Shown piece by piece: positions 1 to 13,445 of a stretch of DNA of 64,000 nucleotides; position 1 is the stretch's first letter; each line of letters opens with the position of its first letter. The notes below the pieces were generated by a model. It saw only the letters and a list, made by a program, of their open reading frames with translations. It searched no databases and was not told the DNA's origin. This DNA comes from Malacoraja senta (taxonomy: Eukaryota): positions 312,046,001-312,110,000 of the forward strand of contig CM075977.1 of the NCBI GenBank assembly GCA_038087875.1, in the 5' to 3' direction. A program made the translations under genes and the position numbers.

Positions 1-778
1 CTTTTCATGTGTCTTTTACTGAGGAGTTGCTTCCGTCTGGCCACTCTACCATAAAGGCCTGATTGGTGGAGTGCTGCAGATATAGTTGTCCTACTGGAAG
101 GTTCTCCCATCTCCACAGAGCAACTCTGGATCTCTGTCAGAGTGACCATTGGTTTCTTGGTCACCTTCCTGACCAAGGCCCTTCTCCCCCAATTGCTCAG
201 TTTGGCCGGGCAGTCAGCTCTATGAAGAATCCTGGTGGTTCCAAAGTTCTTCAATTTAAGAATGACGGAGGCCACTGTGCTCTTCGAGACCTGCAATGCT
301 GCAGCAATTGTTTTATACCCTTCCCCAGATCTGTGTCTCGACACAATCTAGTCTCGGAGGTCTACAGACAATATCTTCATGGCTTGGTTTTTTGCTCTTA
401 CATGCACTGTCAACTGTGGGACCTTATATAGACAGGGGTGTGCCTTTCCAAATCATGTCCAATCAATTTAATTTACCACTGGTGGTCTCCAATCAAGTTG
501 TAGAAACATCTCAAGGACAATCAATGGAAACAGGATGAACCTAAGCTCAATTTTGAGTGTCATAGCAAAGGGTCTGAATACTTATGTAAATGTGATATTT
601 TAGTTATTTCTTTTTAATTACTTTGCAAAAATTTCTAAACACCTGTTTTCGCTTCTTCTGTGGTATTGTGTCTTGATTGATGATAAAAAAAAAAGAATTT
701 AATCCATTTTAAAATAAGGCTGTAACGTAACAAAATGTGGAAAAAGTGAAGGGGTCTGAATACTTTATGAATGCACTG
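1..778 (-). mobile_element. Tc1-like DNA transposon (IR/DR type), left end with degenerate transposase N-terminus; runs off the window; lies in an NMU intron
   Basis: Terminus ...GGGGTCTGAATACTTTATGAATGCACTG|TA (TA at 779-780) with inner direct repeat GGGTCTGAATACTT near 570. The minus strand from ATG 380 reads MKILSVDLRD*IVSRHRSGEGYKTIAAALQVSKSTVASVILKLKNFGTT...GLYGRVARRK (paired-like HTH, in-frame stop). Confidence 0.9.
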
Positions 779-2691
779 TACATTAATATTACCTTAATAT
801 TTTCATATTGAGTGATTTAAACAAAACGTTGAAATAGACCTATGTTTGAAATAGATTGTGGTGAAACTGGAAAAGTAAGAATGGAAAGGATGTATTTGCA
901 TAATTTTGTAGTAGTACATAAATATTTTGTGACTGAATAATCAAGGTAAATTGACCATGGATGATATGGATTGCATTTGCCCTCAATGGTGTCATTGAAT
1001 TTAGGAGAATATCTAATTCAGCCCAAGATATATAATGATGATATTGCTACAATCATGTCCTCAGAAATCTTTTGTCATTCTCATTCACATTTAACTGAAC
1101 CTTTTCTTCTAATTCATTATATTGTTTACAGTGTACTATGTTTACATATTCTGGTGTGCTGCTGCAAGTAAGAATTTCATTATTCTATCGGGGACATATG
1201 ACAATAAAACTCTCTTGACTCTTGACTATCAGATGACATAAAACCAGAGAAGGCAGAAAATATTCAGCAGGGCAGTAGCATCTATGGAGAGAAAATAAAT
1301 TACCTTTCAAGTCAATGAGTTTTCATCAGAACTGTGCAAGATTAGAAATTAAATAGGTGTTAAGTTACTGAATAAGCGGTAAAAAGTAGAGTGAACTAAA
1401 GGGAATGGATGAAGGGAGATAGAATACTGCAAGTGTTGTGGTGCCAAATTAAATGTATCTCTGGGAAAAGTGACAAATAAGAGGAGACAAATGACATCTG
1501 AAATATCAGAAGAGCAGAGAGGAACAAAGATAATGCCAGAAATATGACGAGAAATCAATATTGAGTCCTTAAGGCTGTAATATTCCATGTCAGAAGATGA
1601 GGTGCTCTTCCTTGGGCTTCTGTTGTGCTCCATTGGAAAAAGTGTTGGAGGCCAAAATGTAAAGGTCAGAATGGGAGGAGATAGAGAGTTGAAGTGACAG
1701 GTGAGTGGAAGATCAGGGTCCGTCTTGTGAACTAAAACAAAGGGTTCTGCAAAGTGGTCGCCCAATATGCATTTAGTTTGGCCAGCATTAAAAGAGACAC
1801 CTTGGGAGCACAGTATACCATACACTAAACTGGACGAAACATCAGTGAATTACAGCCTCATGTGGAGTAAATTATTGTGTCCCTGAACAACTGAAAGAGA
1901 AGAGGTAAACTGCAGTTCTTCCAGGCCCTACCATTAAATTCAACATTTCATTTCAACCTTTTTTAGTCTTGTCTCTCACTTTCCCAGTATTTGTTTTATT
2001 TTCATCCCCTCCTAGTTATGACATAACTTACCCATCCTATTTCAGCTGGCATGACTGCCACGTGTTATTCAATCTCTCCTGCTCTCCATCACATTCTCTT
2101 TTGTGTAAGAATTAACTGCAGATGCTAGTTCACACCAAAGATAGACACAAAATGCTGGAGTAACTCAGCGGGACAGGCAGCATCTCTGGAGAGAAGGAAT
2201 GGGAGACGTTTCGGGTTGAAACCCTTCTTCAGAGCATCTCTCCAGATATGTTGTCTGTCCCGCCGAGTTACCCCACCATTTTGTGCCGACTTTCTCTTTT
2301 GTGCTCCCTATCCATCCTCTACAACATAAAACCTGTGCCCTTTCTAGCTCTCTATTTCTGATGAGAGGTCATCAACCCGAAATATCAACTCTCTCCGCAG
2401 ATGCTACCCACCCGATTGCTGAATATTTCCAGCATTTCCTGTTTTTATTAGGGAAACACATCATGTGCAAATGTAATATGTGTGTTGCAGGTAACAGTCT
2501 TCCATTCCATAAGAAGAGTTCCCATCATCAGCATTGTTACATTTTACCACACATGACTCAGTAAAATAAAGGAATGATAGCAATGAAGTTGTACTATTTT
2601 AATCATTGCAAAAATATAGCACAAGAAATGTGAAACGGGCATTTTTGTACATGATGTGGTTTAATAATACTTTTGTTTGTTTTTGCTTTAG

Positions 2692-2745
2692 GAAGAATAT
2701 AGAGGACCTGGTATAATTCCGAGTAGAGGCTATTTTCTGTTTCGG
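2692..2745 (+). CDS. NMU: Neuromedin U precursor, penultimate coding exon (EEYRGPGIIPSRGYFLFR)
   Basis: 54-nt AG/GT-bounded phase-0 exon. It matches the human NMU segment EEFQSPFASQSRGYFLFR in length and motif. Upstream exons were not found in the window. Confidence 0.93.
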
Positions 2746-3216
2746 GTATGTGTCAAAATTTGGAAATTTACACACAAATAGCATTTCTGAACAACCCTTA
2801 GATTTTGTTCCTGGATTTAGATAACTATTCTTAGGAATATCAGCGGGAGGTATTCAGTGTTCCCAGAGGAGACCTGCACTGAGGGTGGCGAGAAGGCAGG
2901 GCTGCAACAGAGCACTAGAAATTTATAATTTACTTGAGCTATCAATTTAAAAAATAACTTGGAATTATTATATGGGCCGATAGAAGCCAAGAGATCAAGT
3001 GATGTGTGATACATTTCTGTCTAATTCTAGTATAGTGGATCTTGTGAAAGGGAGACTATGAGCATTGCTGTTAACTGGTTAGTAGATTATTTAATACAGT
3101 ATATTTACAGAAGAAGATGAATCTTGTCATCAGCCATTGCTTTGTTAAAAGACTTTGGCGCACTCTGATATTGTTCAATAGTTACAATCAGAGTTCTCTT
3201 ATTTTCTTTTCTCCAG

Positions 3217-3252
3217 CCACGAAATGGAAGGAGCTCATCTACTTTTCGCTAA
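3217..3252 (+). CDS. NMU: Neuromedin U precursor, last coding exon (PRNGRSSSTFR*)
   Basis: Polypyrimidine tract + CAG acceptor, stop TAA 3250-3252, donor CAG|GTATT at 3256. Spliced to the previous exon it gives FLFRPRN-G-R, the NMU signature plus amidation glycine. Confidence 0.93.
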   Translation, partial: PRNGRSSSTFR

Positions 3253-3756
3253 CAGGTATTTCAATATTTTAATTTAATGAACCAGTTAATCAGGTGACAG
3301 TTATCATGTTTCACTATCATAGACACAATCACCTAATAATGATGATGAGCAATCACCAAGTTATGATGAGCAATCACCAACAACAGACAGCCAACCATCT
3401 CTGGGTGCCCGCTCTACCACTCACCAAATGGAGCTCAGGGCCTGGCAGACATTGATGCAGAGACAACAACCTGGCTGCTCAACACCCGGCTTGAGATCTA
3501 ACTATTCCTTTGGTTTATGTTTCATTCGCAAGAAGAAGACCAAGTTATTTTCAATGTCATTTTGATGTGCAAATTATTGACTAATTTTCCATCAATCGGT
3601 TATTCAGATACGTGTTGTGTTTTAATTACAAAAACAAAATATTGCAAATTATAACTTAATTTTGGTCCATGACTAAGTGCATTTTAACTATTGCTTGACA
3701 ATTTTATTTTGCAATTATAGCATTTAGGTGATGAGTATAACTATTTCATTTTGCAG

Positions 3757-4075
3757 GAGCGTGAATATCTATAGGAATGGTACACACTGATGCTGAAAAT
3801 GATTTATGTTCTATAATCTATAATATGCATGATAACTTAAACTACATGACTATTGATTGCTGTTTTCATAACGCATTCACCACTGAAATCAAAAGTAAAC
3901 TTGTAAAATGTTTCATTCGTAAAAAAATGTTAATTTATGGCTGGTGTGTAAATATCATTGTCAGGCTAAACTGTGAACAGGATGCATGTTACTAAGTTCT
4001 CTTCTTGCATTCCTTGCTTATAATGGTGTTAGCAAATGCGTGAATTAAAATAAAACTCTTTTTAAAGAATATCCG
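3757..4075 (+). other. NMU: Probable NMU terminal 3'UTR exon
   Basis: TTTCATTTTGCAG acceptor at 3755-3756 downstream of the donor at 3256; AATAAA at 4049-4054. The end is approximate. Confidence 0.6.
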
Positions 4076-5689
4076 TTTGCTTTTGTTTAAGAACCTTTCC
4101 TCCAAAAAAAATATGGACAGTTGCCGTGGGATTTTAATTCCATTTGCCTTTAACATATGCAGCAAATAGTTAAGGCTACCAGTTTTCTTGCTCAGTGATC
4201 TATGGCTATTATTCTGCAGGGCCAATAGATGACAACTCACCTTTAAGGTTTCGAGAGGAGTCATAGAAACATAGAAATATAGATGCAGGATGCAGCCATT
4301 CGGCCCTTTGAGCCAGCATCGCCATTCAATATGATCATGGCTGATCATCTAAAATCAGTATCTCGTTCCTGCTTTTCCCCCCAACATCCCTAGATTCCTT
4401 TAGCCCAAAGAGCTAAATGTGCTCATTGCCAAATCCCCAATTAACACTGTATCTAATGTGTGTTTCTCAAACCATTGTAGGTGGGTTTTTTTTCTACTAT
4501 TCTATTAACTGCACCTCACTATCTGTGGACATTCATCTCCATGTTGTATGATTAAATGATAATATTTTTGCAAGTCATGGATAGAAAGGAAGTTAAGTAT
4601 GTTGCAATGAAATGTTCCTGTTAAACTCCCCACTTTTCTTTTAAAATCCAGAGAAGACTGTTCCGTACCAGCCGACATTGTTCAAAATGGTTGTATTGGT
4701 TTTACCTATGAAGATTAACCAGACAACAATCCTCACTGTACTTGTCTAGGAGTGAATCATCCAGTTCATGGTTTGACCGGTGGCATTGTTCCAGGTCCCA
4801 AAACAAAATAAATTAAGCACACTGTATACTTTATACTTTTACAGACAAATTCACGAAGATCCACCTCTATACTATAATTATCATGTCTTTAATATCATTA
4901 CTAGGAATGGATCATCATCATTATAAATTACAGCACTCTAAATATTATTCAATGCAGAATACCTATTGGGTGGTGGAGGAGGAGAAGGAGAATAATTGAT
5001 AATCAAGATCAAAGCAGGATGCAAACAGTGGTTATGAATAAATTGTTGTAGAATTTTGCAGCAATTATTCATATGATGCTTATTTCTTTTAGGCTCTCAA
5101 AATATTTCTATGACCACAGATTTCATGGCTCCCAATATCATGAGCTTCAACAGCTTTTAATAACTCAATCCCTAAACATAGATAATTGCATTACCTGGAA
5201 ATAGCAAATGTATTAAATGGAAAGTTAAGAGAGACAGTTCAGGATGACTGTTAGAGCATATTCATGAGAATATTGTATGAAAAAAAAATGTCAGTGTGCA
5301 ATTTTAAGACTGAAGAAGGAGCAGACATTGTTCACTATACTGTCCAGACATTGAGATGAGCCATTTGTGGTCATTTATTTCACATTTCTCTAGGACACTC
5401 ATTTCTGGTGATATTAAGGTGGTATGAACTATGTAGTGCAGACCAGATAGCTAAGTTGCCTTCCCTGAAGGACTTTAAAATAATCTTCATAATTATATGG
5501 CACCTTAAATGATCTCAAGACTGCCAATAAGGTACTTTTGAAATGTTATTCCCAGTAGAATGTGGAAAAGTTGGCAATTCATTTGCTTTTATTTAGGGAA
5601 GTTCAAGAGATCTTCTGGTCATTATTTATTACCGTACTAGCCAATCTGCTTTTTTTTTAACCTTATTTACCAAATTCAATTTCACAATG

Positions 5690-5975
5690 ATGGCACAGTT
5701 GGAAGAGTAGCTGCCTCACAGTGCCAGAGACCCGGATTCAATCTGGACCTCGGATGCTGTCTGTGTGGAGTTTACACGTTCTCCCTATAACTGCATGGGT
5801 TTTTCCCAGGTGCTTCGGTTTCCTCTCACACCCCAAAGACTTTCATTTTGTAGGTTAATTGGCCTCTGTAAATTGCCCTTAGTATGTAGATAGTATGTAG
5901 AAAGTGGGATATCATAGATCTAGCGTGAACGGGTGATAGATTGTCAGTGTGGAGTCAATGGGACGAAGGGCCCGT
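5690..5975 (+). mobile_element. tRNA-derived SINE (HE1/V-SINE-like)
   Basis: A-box-like GGCACAGTTGG, B-box-like GGATTCAATC, V-domain-like TGTGTGGAGTTTACACGTTCTCCC core, CR1-like 3' end GGACGAAGGGCC. Confidence 0.8.
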
Positions 5976-7453
5976 TGCAACTCCCTGGTTAACTCATCCC
6001 TTCCCACCCAAACTTTTCCTGCAAACGCAGGAGATGCAACGCCTGTCCCTATACCTCCTGCCTCGACTCTGTCCAGGGACCCTAACAGTCCTTTCAGGTT
6101 AGGCAGAGATTCACTTGCACCTCATCCAAACTCATCTACTGTATCCGTTGTTCCAGGTGTGGACTCTTATATAGTGGCAAGTATAGACTGGGCGAACACC
6201 TTCGCTCTGTCCGCCTTGGCCTACGTGATCTCCCTTCCCTTCCCATACTGACTTTTCAGTCCTGGGCCACCTCCATTGTAAGTGTGAGGCTAAACACAAA
6301 TTGGAGGAACAGCATCTCGTATTTTGCTTGGGCAGCTTACACCCCAGCCTCTATTATGGGGAAAACAGTATACACCCCTCGTAACTTTGTATAGCTCAAC
6401 CAGATCCCACTTTAACATCCTTTGCTCGAAATAAACCAAACCCAGCTTATCCCATCTCTCCTTGTAAGTGAAAAACTCTATCTCAGGGAACATCCTGTGA
6501 ATCTCCTCTGAATCGTATCCATTCAAATCACATCCTTCCTGTAAGATGGCAATCAGAATGGCATGTGGTACTCAAGCTGTGGCCAAATTAATGTTTTATA
6601 AAGTTGAACCACAATGTCCTTGCCCATATATTCTAAGTCCAGTCTAATGAAACCAAGTATCCTGTACACTTTCTCCACCCACCTTATCGACCTACGCTAC
6701 CACACAAGAATCATTAGACTAAGACACTGATGTACCTACTTAGTAGATTTCTACCATTCATTATGCATGTCCCACCCTTGTTAGTCCCTCGAAGTGCATC
6801 TCCTCATTTTTTCAGTTTAGTTTATTGTCACGTGTACCGAGGTACAATGAAAACCTTGTTGTGTGCTAACCAGTTAGCAGAACACAATACATGATTACAA
6901 TCGATCCATTTACAGATAAGGGAATAATGTTTAGTGCAAGGTAAAGCCAGCAAAGTCCGATCAAGAATAGTCCGAGGGACATCAGATGTAGATAGTAGTT
7001 CAGCACTGCTCTCTGGTTGTGGTAAGGATGATTCAGTTGCCTGATAACGGCTGGGAAGAACTATACCCAAATCTGGTGGTGTGCGTTTTCACACTTCTAT
7101 ATCTTTTGCCTGATGGAAGAGGGGAGAAGAGGGAGTGGCCAGGGTGCATCCTGGATTATGTTGCTGGCCTTGCTGAGGCAACGTGAGGTATAAATGGAGT
7201 CAATAGAAGGGAGATTGGTTTCTGTGATGGTCGTTGGTCAGCTGACGATTGTCCAAGGAGCGGGGGGTTTTCCTCTTATGATTTCTTGCAAGCCCTTCCA
7301 CACTGAAGAAGAGTCACTTGCTGAGAACTTGCTCCTCAACTTCTCAGAGTACCTTTCCTTGGCAGCTCTGATTCCTCTTCTTAGCTTGTACTTGGCCTGC
7401 CTATAGAGGTCTGCATCCCCGCTCCTGTAGGATCTACCCCTGCAAGCGTCAAA

Positions 7454-8527
7454 ATGCCTAAAGTCAAGTCAACGCCTTGTAAAAAACGGAACGATTTGGT
7501 GATAGTGTACGGGAGTGATATATTCTCTACAGACAACTGTGTGCTGTTTTGCAACGCATGTGAGAAAGCAGTGAATCATGAGAAAAAATATTTAATCTCC
7601 ATGCATGTACAGACAGCTAAACATAAGTTGGCGGCAGAGAAAGAGAAGGTAGGAAATACGCAAGCTTGTCTCCTCACAACATTTACTGCTGGCTCCAATC
7701 GCAATTCTGAATTTTCGAGTGATCTGTGCAACGCATTCATTGATGCTGGAATTCCACTGTGGAAATTGGAAAACAAATCTCTCAGAGGTTTTTTAGGGAA
7801 ATACACAGGAACATATACCAAGCGAGTCATCATTACGGAAAAATTATGTTGACAGCAACTTCAACATTGTTGTGCAGAAAATTAGAGATAAAGTTGCATG
7901 CAACAAAATATGGATCTCAATAGATGAGATAGCTGATGCTGTGGGGAGATTTGTTGCCAATGTGGTCATTGGTACACTGGAGGCAGGTCAACCATCAAAG
8001 GAATATTCTTGACATCGGAAGTATTGGAGAAGTCAAAGAGCTGAACTATTGCTCAGTTGTTTACATCTTCACTAGCGATGTAGGTGAAGACATACAAGGA
8101 AAATGTGAGAGGGTGATTTTAGTTAAGAAAGATCTTGAAGAAATACAAAACATAGCTAAAGTTCTCAAAGGTAGTTGTAATGCACAAGATGTAGAGTTTG
8201 TAGCTTGTTTCAGGTATGCACCAGTGACCCCAGCTGGGGTAGAAAGAAGTTTTTCACAACTGTAGCATATTCTGTCTGAAAGACGGCATAGTATAATGGC
8301 ACACCAGACGGCACATAGACGGCACACCAGATAATTTGAAAAAATGCTGCTAATTATGTGCAACCAGGCAACTTTGGTCATTTAATGTAGTATACCTTTA
8401 TAATTATAATTTTTAACCATATTTTGGTGGTGGAAATAAATGCCTTTTTATGCCTTTTTTGTAATTTTATTATGCCTTTTTGCCTGCCTATTTCAGAGAA
8501 TTTTAGTGCCTAAACATCCTGGCTCTA
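7454..8527 (+). mobile_element. Internally deleted hAT-superfamily (CGGBP-related) transposase remnant with right terminus
   Basis: BED-like zinc finger (LFCNAC...HVQTAKH), FIDAGIPLWKLEN, and a hAT dimerisation-like motif FRYAPVTPAGVERSFS. Frameshifted. Putative TIR GCCTAAACATCCTGGCTCTA ends at 8527. Confidence 0.75.
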
Positions 8528-9173
8528 CTGATGAACAATGTGACAATACGAAATCTAAACCTAAAGCTAATGTCCATAGCATATATCATTTACTACACAC
8601 AGGAAACAATAAACAATGGGTATCCAAGAAGTAAAACATATTTTCAAGAGAACATTCAAGGAATGTGGACTAAATGGACAGCTCTTTCCCAGAAAAGGCA
8701 TAATTATGATGGATGATGTCTCCTTCTGTATTGTAAGATGTCACCAGTTGTTGAATGACCTGGTGAATTATTCATCAGAGGGGTTGTTTCATCATAGCAA
8801 TGGAAACAGGCAAAATTGTGCCATCACTGTATGAATGTATACATTTAAACTTGGATTGCTGTGATCACAGAGTTCTATCATTGAACCATTGTGTAATTGT
8901 GATGCATCTTATTTGTTTACAATTATTGGGCAGTTACCTGATAACATTAGCTTTGGTGAAAAGGATTCAGTAGCTCTGCTGAAGTCTTAAATCATCTCAA
9001 GTATGATAGTTTTCCTGCTTTTGGATTTCTTTATATTTTGATGTGGTTTGTATTTTAGTTAAAAGTGCATTTCTAAACCTAGACGAAAGAAGTAAGCCTT
9101 AAACTTTCCCTTTCGCTCCTGAGTAATTTTCCACTGTGCATGAATCTTTCAGGAGGAAAAAAAGAAAGGAAAC

Positions 9174-9179
9174 ATGCAG
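9174..9179 (+). CDS. PDCL2: PDCL2 coding exon 1 (MQ)
   Basis: AACATGCAG|GTAACA: good Kozak context and donor. It supplies the MQ that precedes DPNEDTEWND in phosducin-like 2/3 proteins. Confidence 0.75.
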
Positions 9180-11232
9180 GTAACAAAGCGTTTTTAGATT
9201 TAATAAAATGTATTCAGAGGCATTGGCATGATGAATTGGAACACAAGAACTTCCTTTGACCTCTTCAACGTGAGTTTGAATGTCTCTCAGACCATCAGGA
9301 TGAAAAGCATCCCCTTTCAGTATGTATTGTAAATTGAATGAATTTGGATCCACAGCCAGAGAGGAGGCTAAGTGTAACATTGGATTGACAATTAATTGAG
9401 AAATGTCAGATGGATGCCATAGGAAATGTGAAATTTACCGTGATTCCACAGAATTCTTTTTATAAGCAGAAAGAAGTTGTTCAAGGTCCATGGTTGACAA
9501 ACTGAGCGGGGGTGGGGTGAACTGTTACAATGCCTGCAGATCCCACCAAAGGTGCCACTGTCTTCTGGGTGGTCACCGTGACACCCAGTGGGATTCTTCT
9601 TTGAGAAACCAGATGGAGATCAGATGACAAGGTCCTAATCAAAGCCTCAATAGGCAGGAAGTCACTTTCCTACTACAAGTCCACCCTCATGGAGAGGTTG
9701 AGAAGAAAAAAAGGCCAAACATTTTGTGGAAGCCAGCTTACTCGTAGCTTTAGCAGAAGGATATATTTCACTGGGTTCCAAAAAGATAATTGAGGTTGCT
9801 TGTTTTCCTCTCACCCTGACTGGGAGCTGTGAGGTTTTCCAAAATGTTCTCCAAACTAGTTTTGTGAATACTATTGCATTTTGGTGCTCCCAATGTGGCC
9901 TCCTCTACATTGGCAAGACGTTTCGGGTTGAGACCCTTCTTGAGACTCGACTGAAGAAAGGCCTCGAGCCGAATAGTCACCTATTCTTTTTCTCTAGAGA
10001 TGCTGTCTGATGCGCTGAGTTACTCCAGCATTTTGTGTCTATCTTCATTTTAAACAGTTCCTTCCTACCAACCATAGATGAAGTGACCAATTTGTTGAAC
10101 ACTTACTCCATCCATCTCCCCAACAAACCCACTCCTCCTTTCACCTGTATCTACCTATCACTTGCCAGGTTATGTCCAGCTCCACCTCTCTTTTCCGGCT
10201 TTCCCCCCCTACTCCAATCAGCCTGAAAGATCCGACCCAACACATTGTCCATTCCCTCTGCAGATGCTGCCTGAGCTGCTGAGTTCCTTCAGCATTTTAT
10301 GCATTACTTTTGTGTAACTTTCTGTGACCACTGCTGACCTCCCACTGCCAAACATTATGTTTCTCCCCATCAGTAGGCTGCAGCTTCTCACAGGGAGGCT
10401 GATGAATCCTTTGCCCATCCCGGGTCACGACAGAACGCCTTGTCACATGTTATAATCTGAACTATAAGAATCTATTAAGGCAGCGTTGAAATAGTTCATG
10501 TTATCCTCGCTGGTTGACAGAATTGGGCAGGTGACATTTGTTCTGCACCCGACTCATTGAGGTCATTTGAACCAACATTATTTGATGCTGAGAATAGCTG
10601 CTGTGAAAGCAAAACATTGCTTTCATGAGCATCAACATTCCAAATACTTGATCAAATGTAAATAGAAATGGCAGATGGAAAGCGAATGGCTTTCTGCTGC
10701 AGATAAAACTGCTAAAGCAGAATTACATCTCAACAAGCAAAAAAGAAAAATAATGAATATTCCGTTAAATGGGAGTAGCTTAGATGGGGCATCTTGGTCA
10801 ACATGGAGGAGTTGAGCCAAACAGCCCGTTTCCACGCTGTATAACTCTATGTAACTTCTTGCAAGGAGAGTCTTTTCATTTCCATGCTTATCGACGTGTT
10901 TTTGACACTTGTGCATTTCTAGAGAAAGCTGGAGTGGGAAGTAGGGGATCCAGGGGAAGTAGGGGGTAGGTGATTAGCAGAAGGAGATGGTGTATTGAGG
11001 GGAAGTGTTGCCTCTGGTAAATTGGAACATACAGCTGAGGTGACAATCAAATAAGCTGTGGTATTCATTAATGGTTGAATAGGATAGAGGGGTTGATGCT
11101 TAAAATTTATATGCATGATTGTTTATGAAATTTAAGAATATTTTTTCTATATCTTTGTACAACGATGTAACCTTATTGACTAAGCAATGGTTGTTACTTT
11201 GAAACAGAAATCAGAACTTTTCTTTCCTGTAG

Positions 11233-11353
11233 GATCCCAACGAAGACACTGAATGGAATGATGCCTTGCGAAGTTTCGGCATTATCCCTCCAAAAGAACA
11301 ACCAAGGGATGAAGTTGAAGAAATGGTTTTACGTTTACAAGAGGAAGCGAAAG
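11233..11353 (+). CDS. PDCL2: PDCL2 exon 2 (DPNEDTEWNDALRSFGIIPPKEQPRDEVEEMVLRLQEEAK)
   Basis: 121 nt, AG/GT. The EEMVLRLQ motif is typical of PDCL2 rather than PDCL3. Confidence 0.95.
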
Positions 11354-13140
11354 GTGATAGTTTAATTTCACCTAACGGAGTGTATCAAGGCACAAAGTTT
11401 TCAGAAATGTGACGAGGGAGAAACCGCTACTGTAGTCAAGTCAAGAGTATTCAATTGCCATATGATCTGGGAACAGAACAGTGAAACTCTTACTTGATGT
11501 AGCTTTTACAAGCACATTAGTACAATTACACGACACATATACAATACACAATAATACAATAAATTATCAATTGTACTAGTTAACCAGACCATAATAGTGC
11601 AAGCAAAGTATGTGGTGCAATCCTTATGCAAAGTCCAGAGTAGATCAGAGCTGAGGTAAGGGAAATGGTTAGAGGTGGTAGGTTTGCAGTTAGGGGTTTT
11701 CTGCATGCAGTAAAACCACTGTTAAGATTTAACGTAATATATGTTCTTTAAACAAAATGCAACATCAGTTGCATCTCTGATGAATCTTGTAAAGAAGATG
11801 CCTTTATGAAAAGTACCCACATAAAAGGGGATGATGGTACACTGTGTAAAAGTATGTATTCCCTAAAATTAAGTAGATAAAATGCAAGCAATTTCATTGC
11901 AGCACTTAGAAATGCATTAAGGAAGAGAAAATTGCACCACTTTTAATTGTTATTGAAGAAGCAAATCTATCATGATTGTACAACCTCCTGCATCAGCCAT
12001 CCACAGAAATCTTCTTGTGGTCGGTGCCGTGGATATTTCCAATTTTATTTCAGTTAGCATTGTACCTTTATGCATGCTAATTGAGATAGCCCTAAATCTA
12101 CATGTGATGTAGCCCCTAACCACACACTGATTCAAATAGTTCTAAATCTACATTGCTTGGTGTAATAATCTAATAATAAAATGTTTTGCAAGTAGACCTA
12201 GACCTTTTCTGTAAATATGTTATGTGATTTAACTGTGAGGCATGGAGAGTCTTAGATATGTTGATATTTTATTCGATAACATTGTGAATATTCAAAGCAA
12301 TTGCTATTATTAGAATTAGATTCACATATAAGTGTTTTTTGCATACCATTGCAATAATCAGCACACCATGTTTCTCCACTTCCAAAGATGGTACAGTATC
12401 TTCTGCATTTCATTCTTCAGGAGGTTTTTTCTGAATCTGATTGTTGTATCAATCTTTGCATCTCATTTCCAATCTGTTCTAAAACGGAATGGAAACAGAT
12501 ATTTCAAGACAATTATTATGATATTTTTCATTCAGTGAGATCAGAATAATTTATTATTATTTATAATGTATGGGAATACATTATTAGAATTGCTTATTAG
12601 AATTCTACTAATGAAAGTTTCATAGCCTCTTCTTTAAAAAAAAGTGCACACAAATCATAGTATTAAGGCAATTCATATTTTGGTTATTTTGCAGAAAATA
12701 GATCAAAATCAGGAGCCAATTTTGCCCCAATATCTGACTAATTCATGAACACTCTTAATCTGATAATCTACCAAATTGAAGCAGGAGGAAAGAAACAGCA
12801 TTATTCAATATATCATATTACTGCCAAGACAAAAATTAACAACCTTAGCACTTGATAATTTTTCTGATAAAATTGATAAATATTCCACTCATCAAACATA
12901 ATTGATCTTACAGTGTTATTAACCAATATTAAATTTACACTCCAACTCTATTCAGCTAAAACAACTTTTTATATTAATTCTTTATTACAAGCACTGAATT
13001 GTTTTGCATTGGTGCAGCGGTGCTGCAATAGCATTGGAACACACACAAAGTCACATTATAATATTTATTTGGAGCATTAAAAAAAAAAGAAATCCTAAGA
13101 AAGTGACAGTAATGTTACCAGTACGCATTGTCAACAGATT

Positions 13141-13445
13141 TAGACTTTAGAGATTCAGCGCGGAAACAGGCCTCTCGGCCAACCGAGTCCACGCTGACCA
13201 GCAATCACACTGTACATTAGTTTTATCCTACACACTAGGAACAATTTAAAATGTTTTACCGAAGCCAATAAATCTACAAACCTGTACATCTTTTTAGTGT
13301 GGGAGGAAACCGGAGCACCCGTAGAAAACTCACAAAGTCACAGGGACAACGTACATATGCCATACAGACAGCATCCATAGTCAGGATCAAACCCAGGTCA
13401 CTGGTACTGTTAGACAACTCTACCATTGCGCCATTGTGCCACCCC
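13141..13445 (-). mobile_element. tRNA-derived SINE (HE1/V-SINE-like)
   Basis: Reverse complement of the same family as 5690-5975, with a (CTAAAG)-like tail near 13141. Confidence 0.75.

Noticed and set aside
9092-9152. Possible 61-nt 5'UTR intron (GTAAGC...TTTCAG) before the PDCL2 ATG exon
   Set aside because: Shorter than typical vertebrate introns and unsupported without transcripts.
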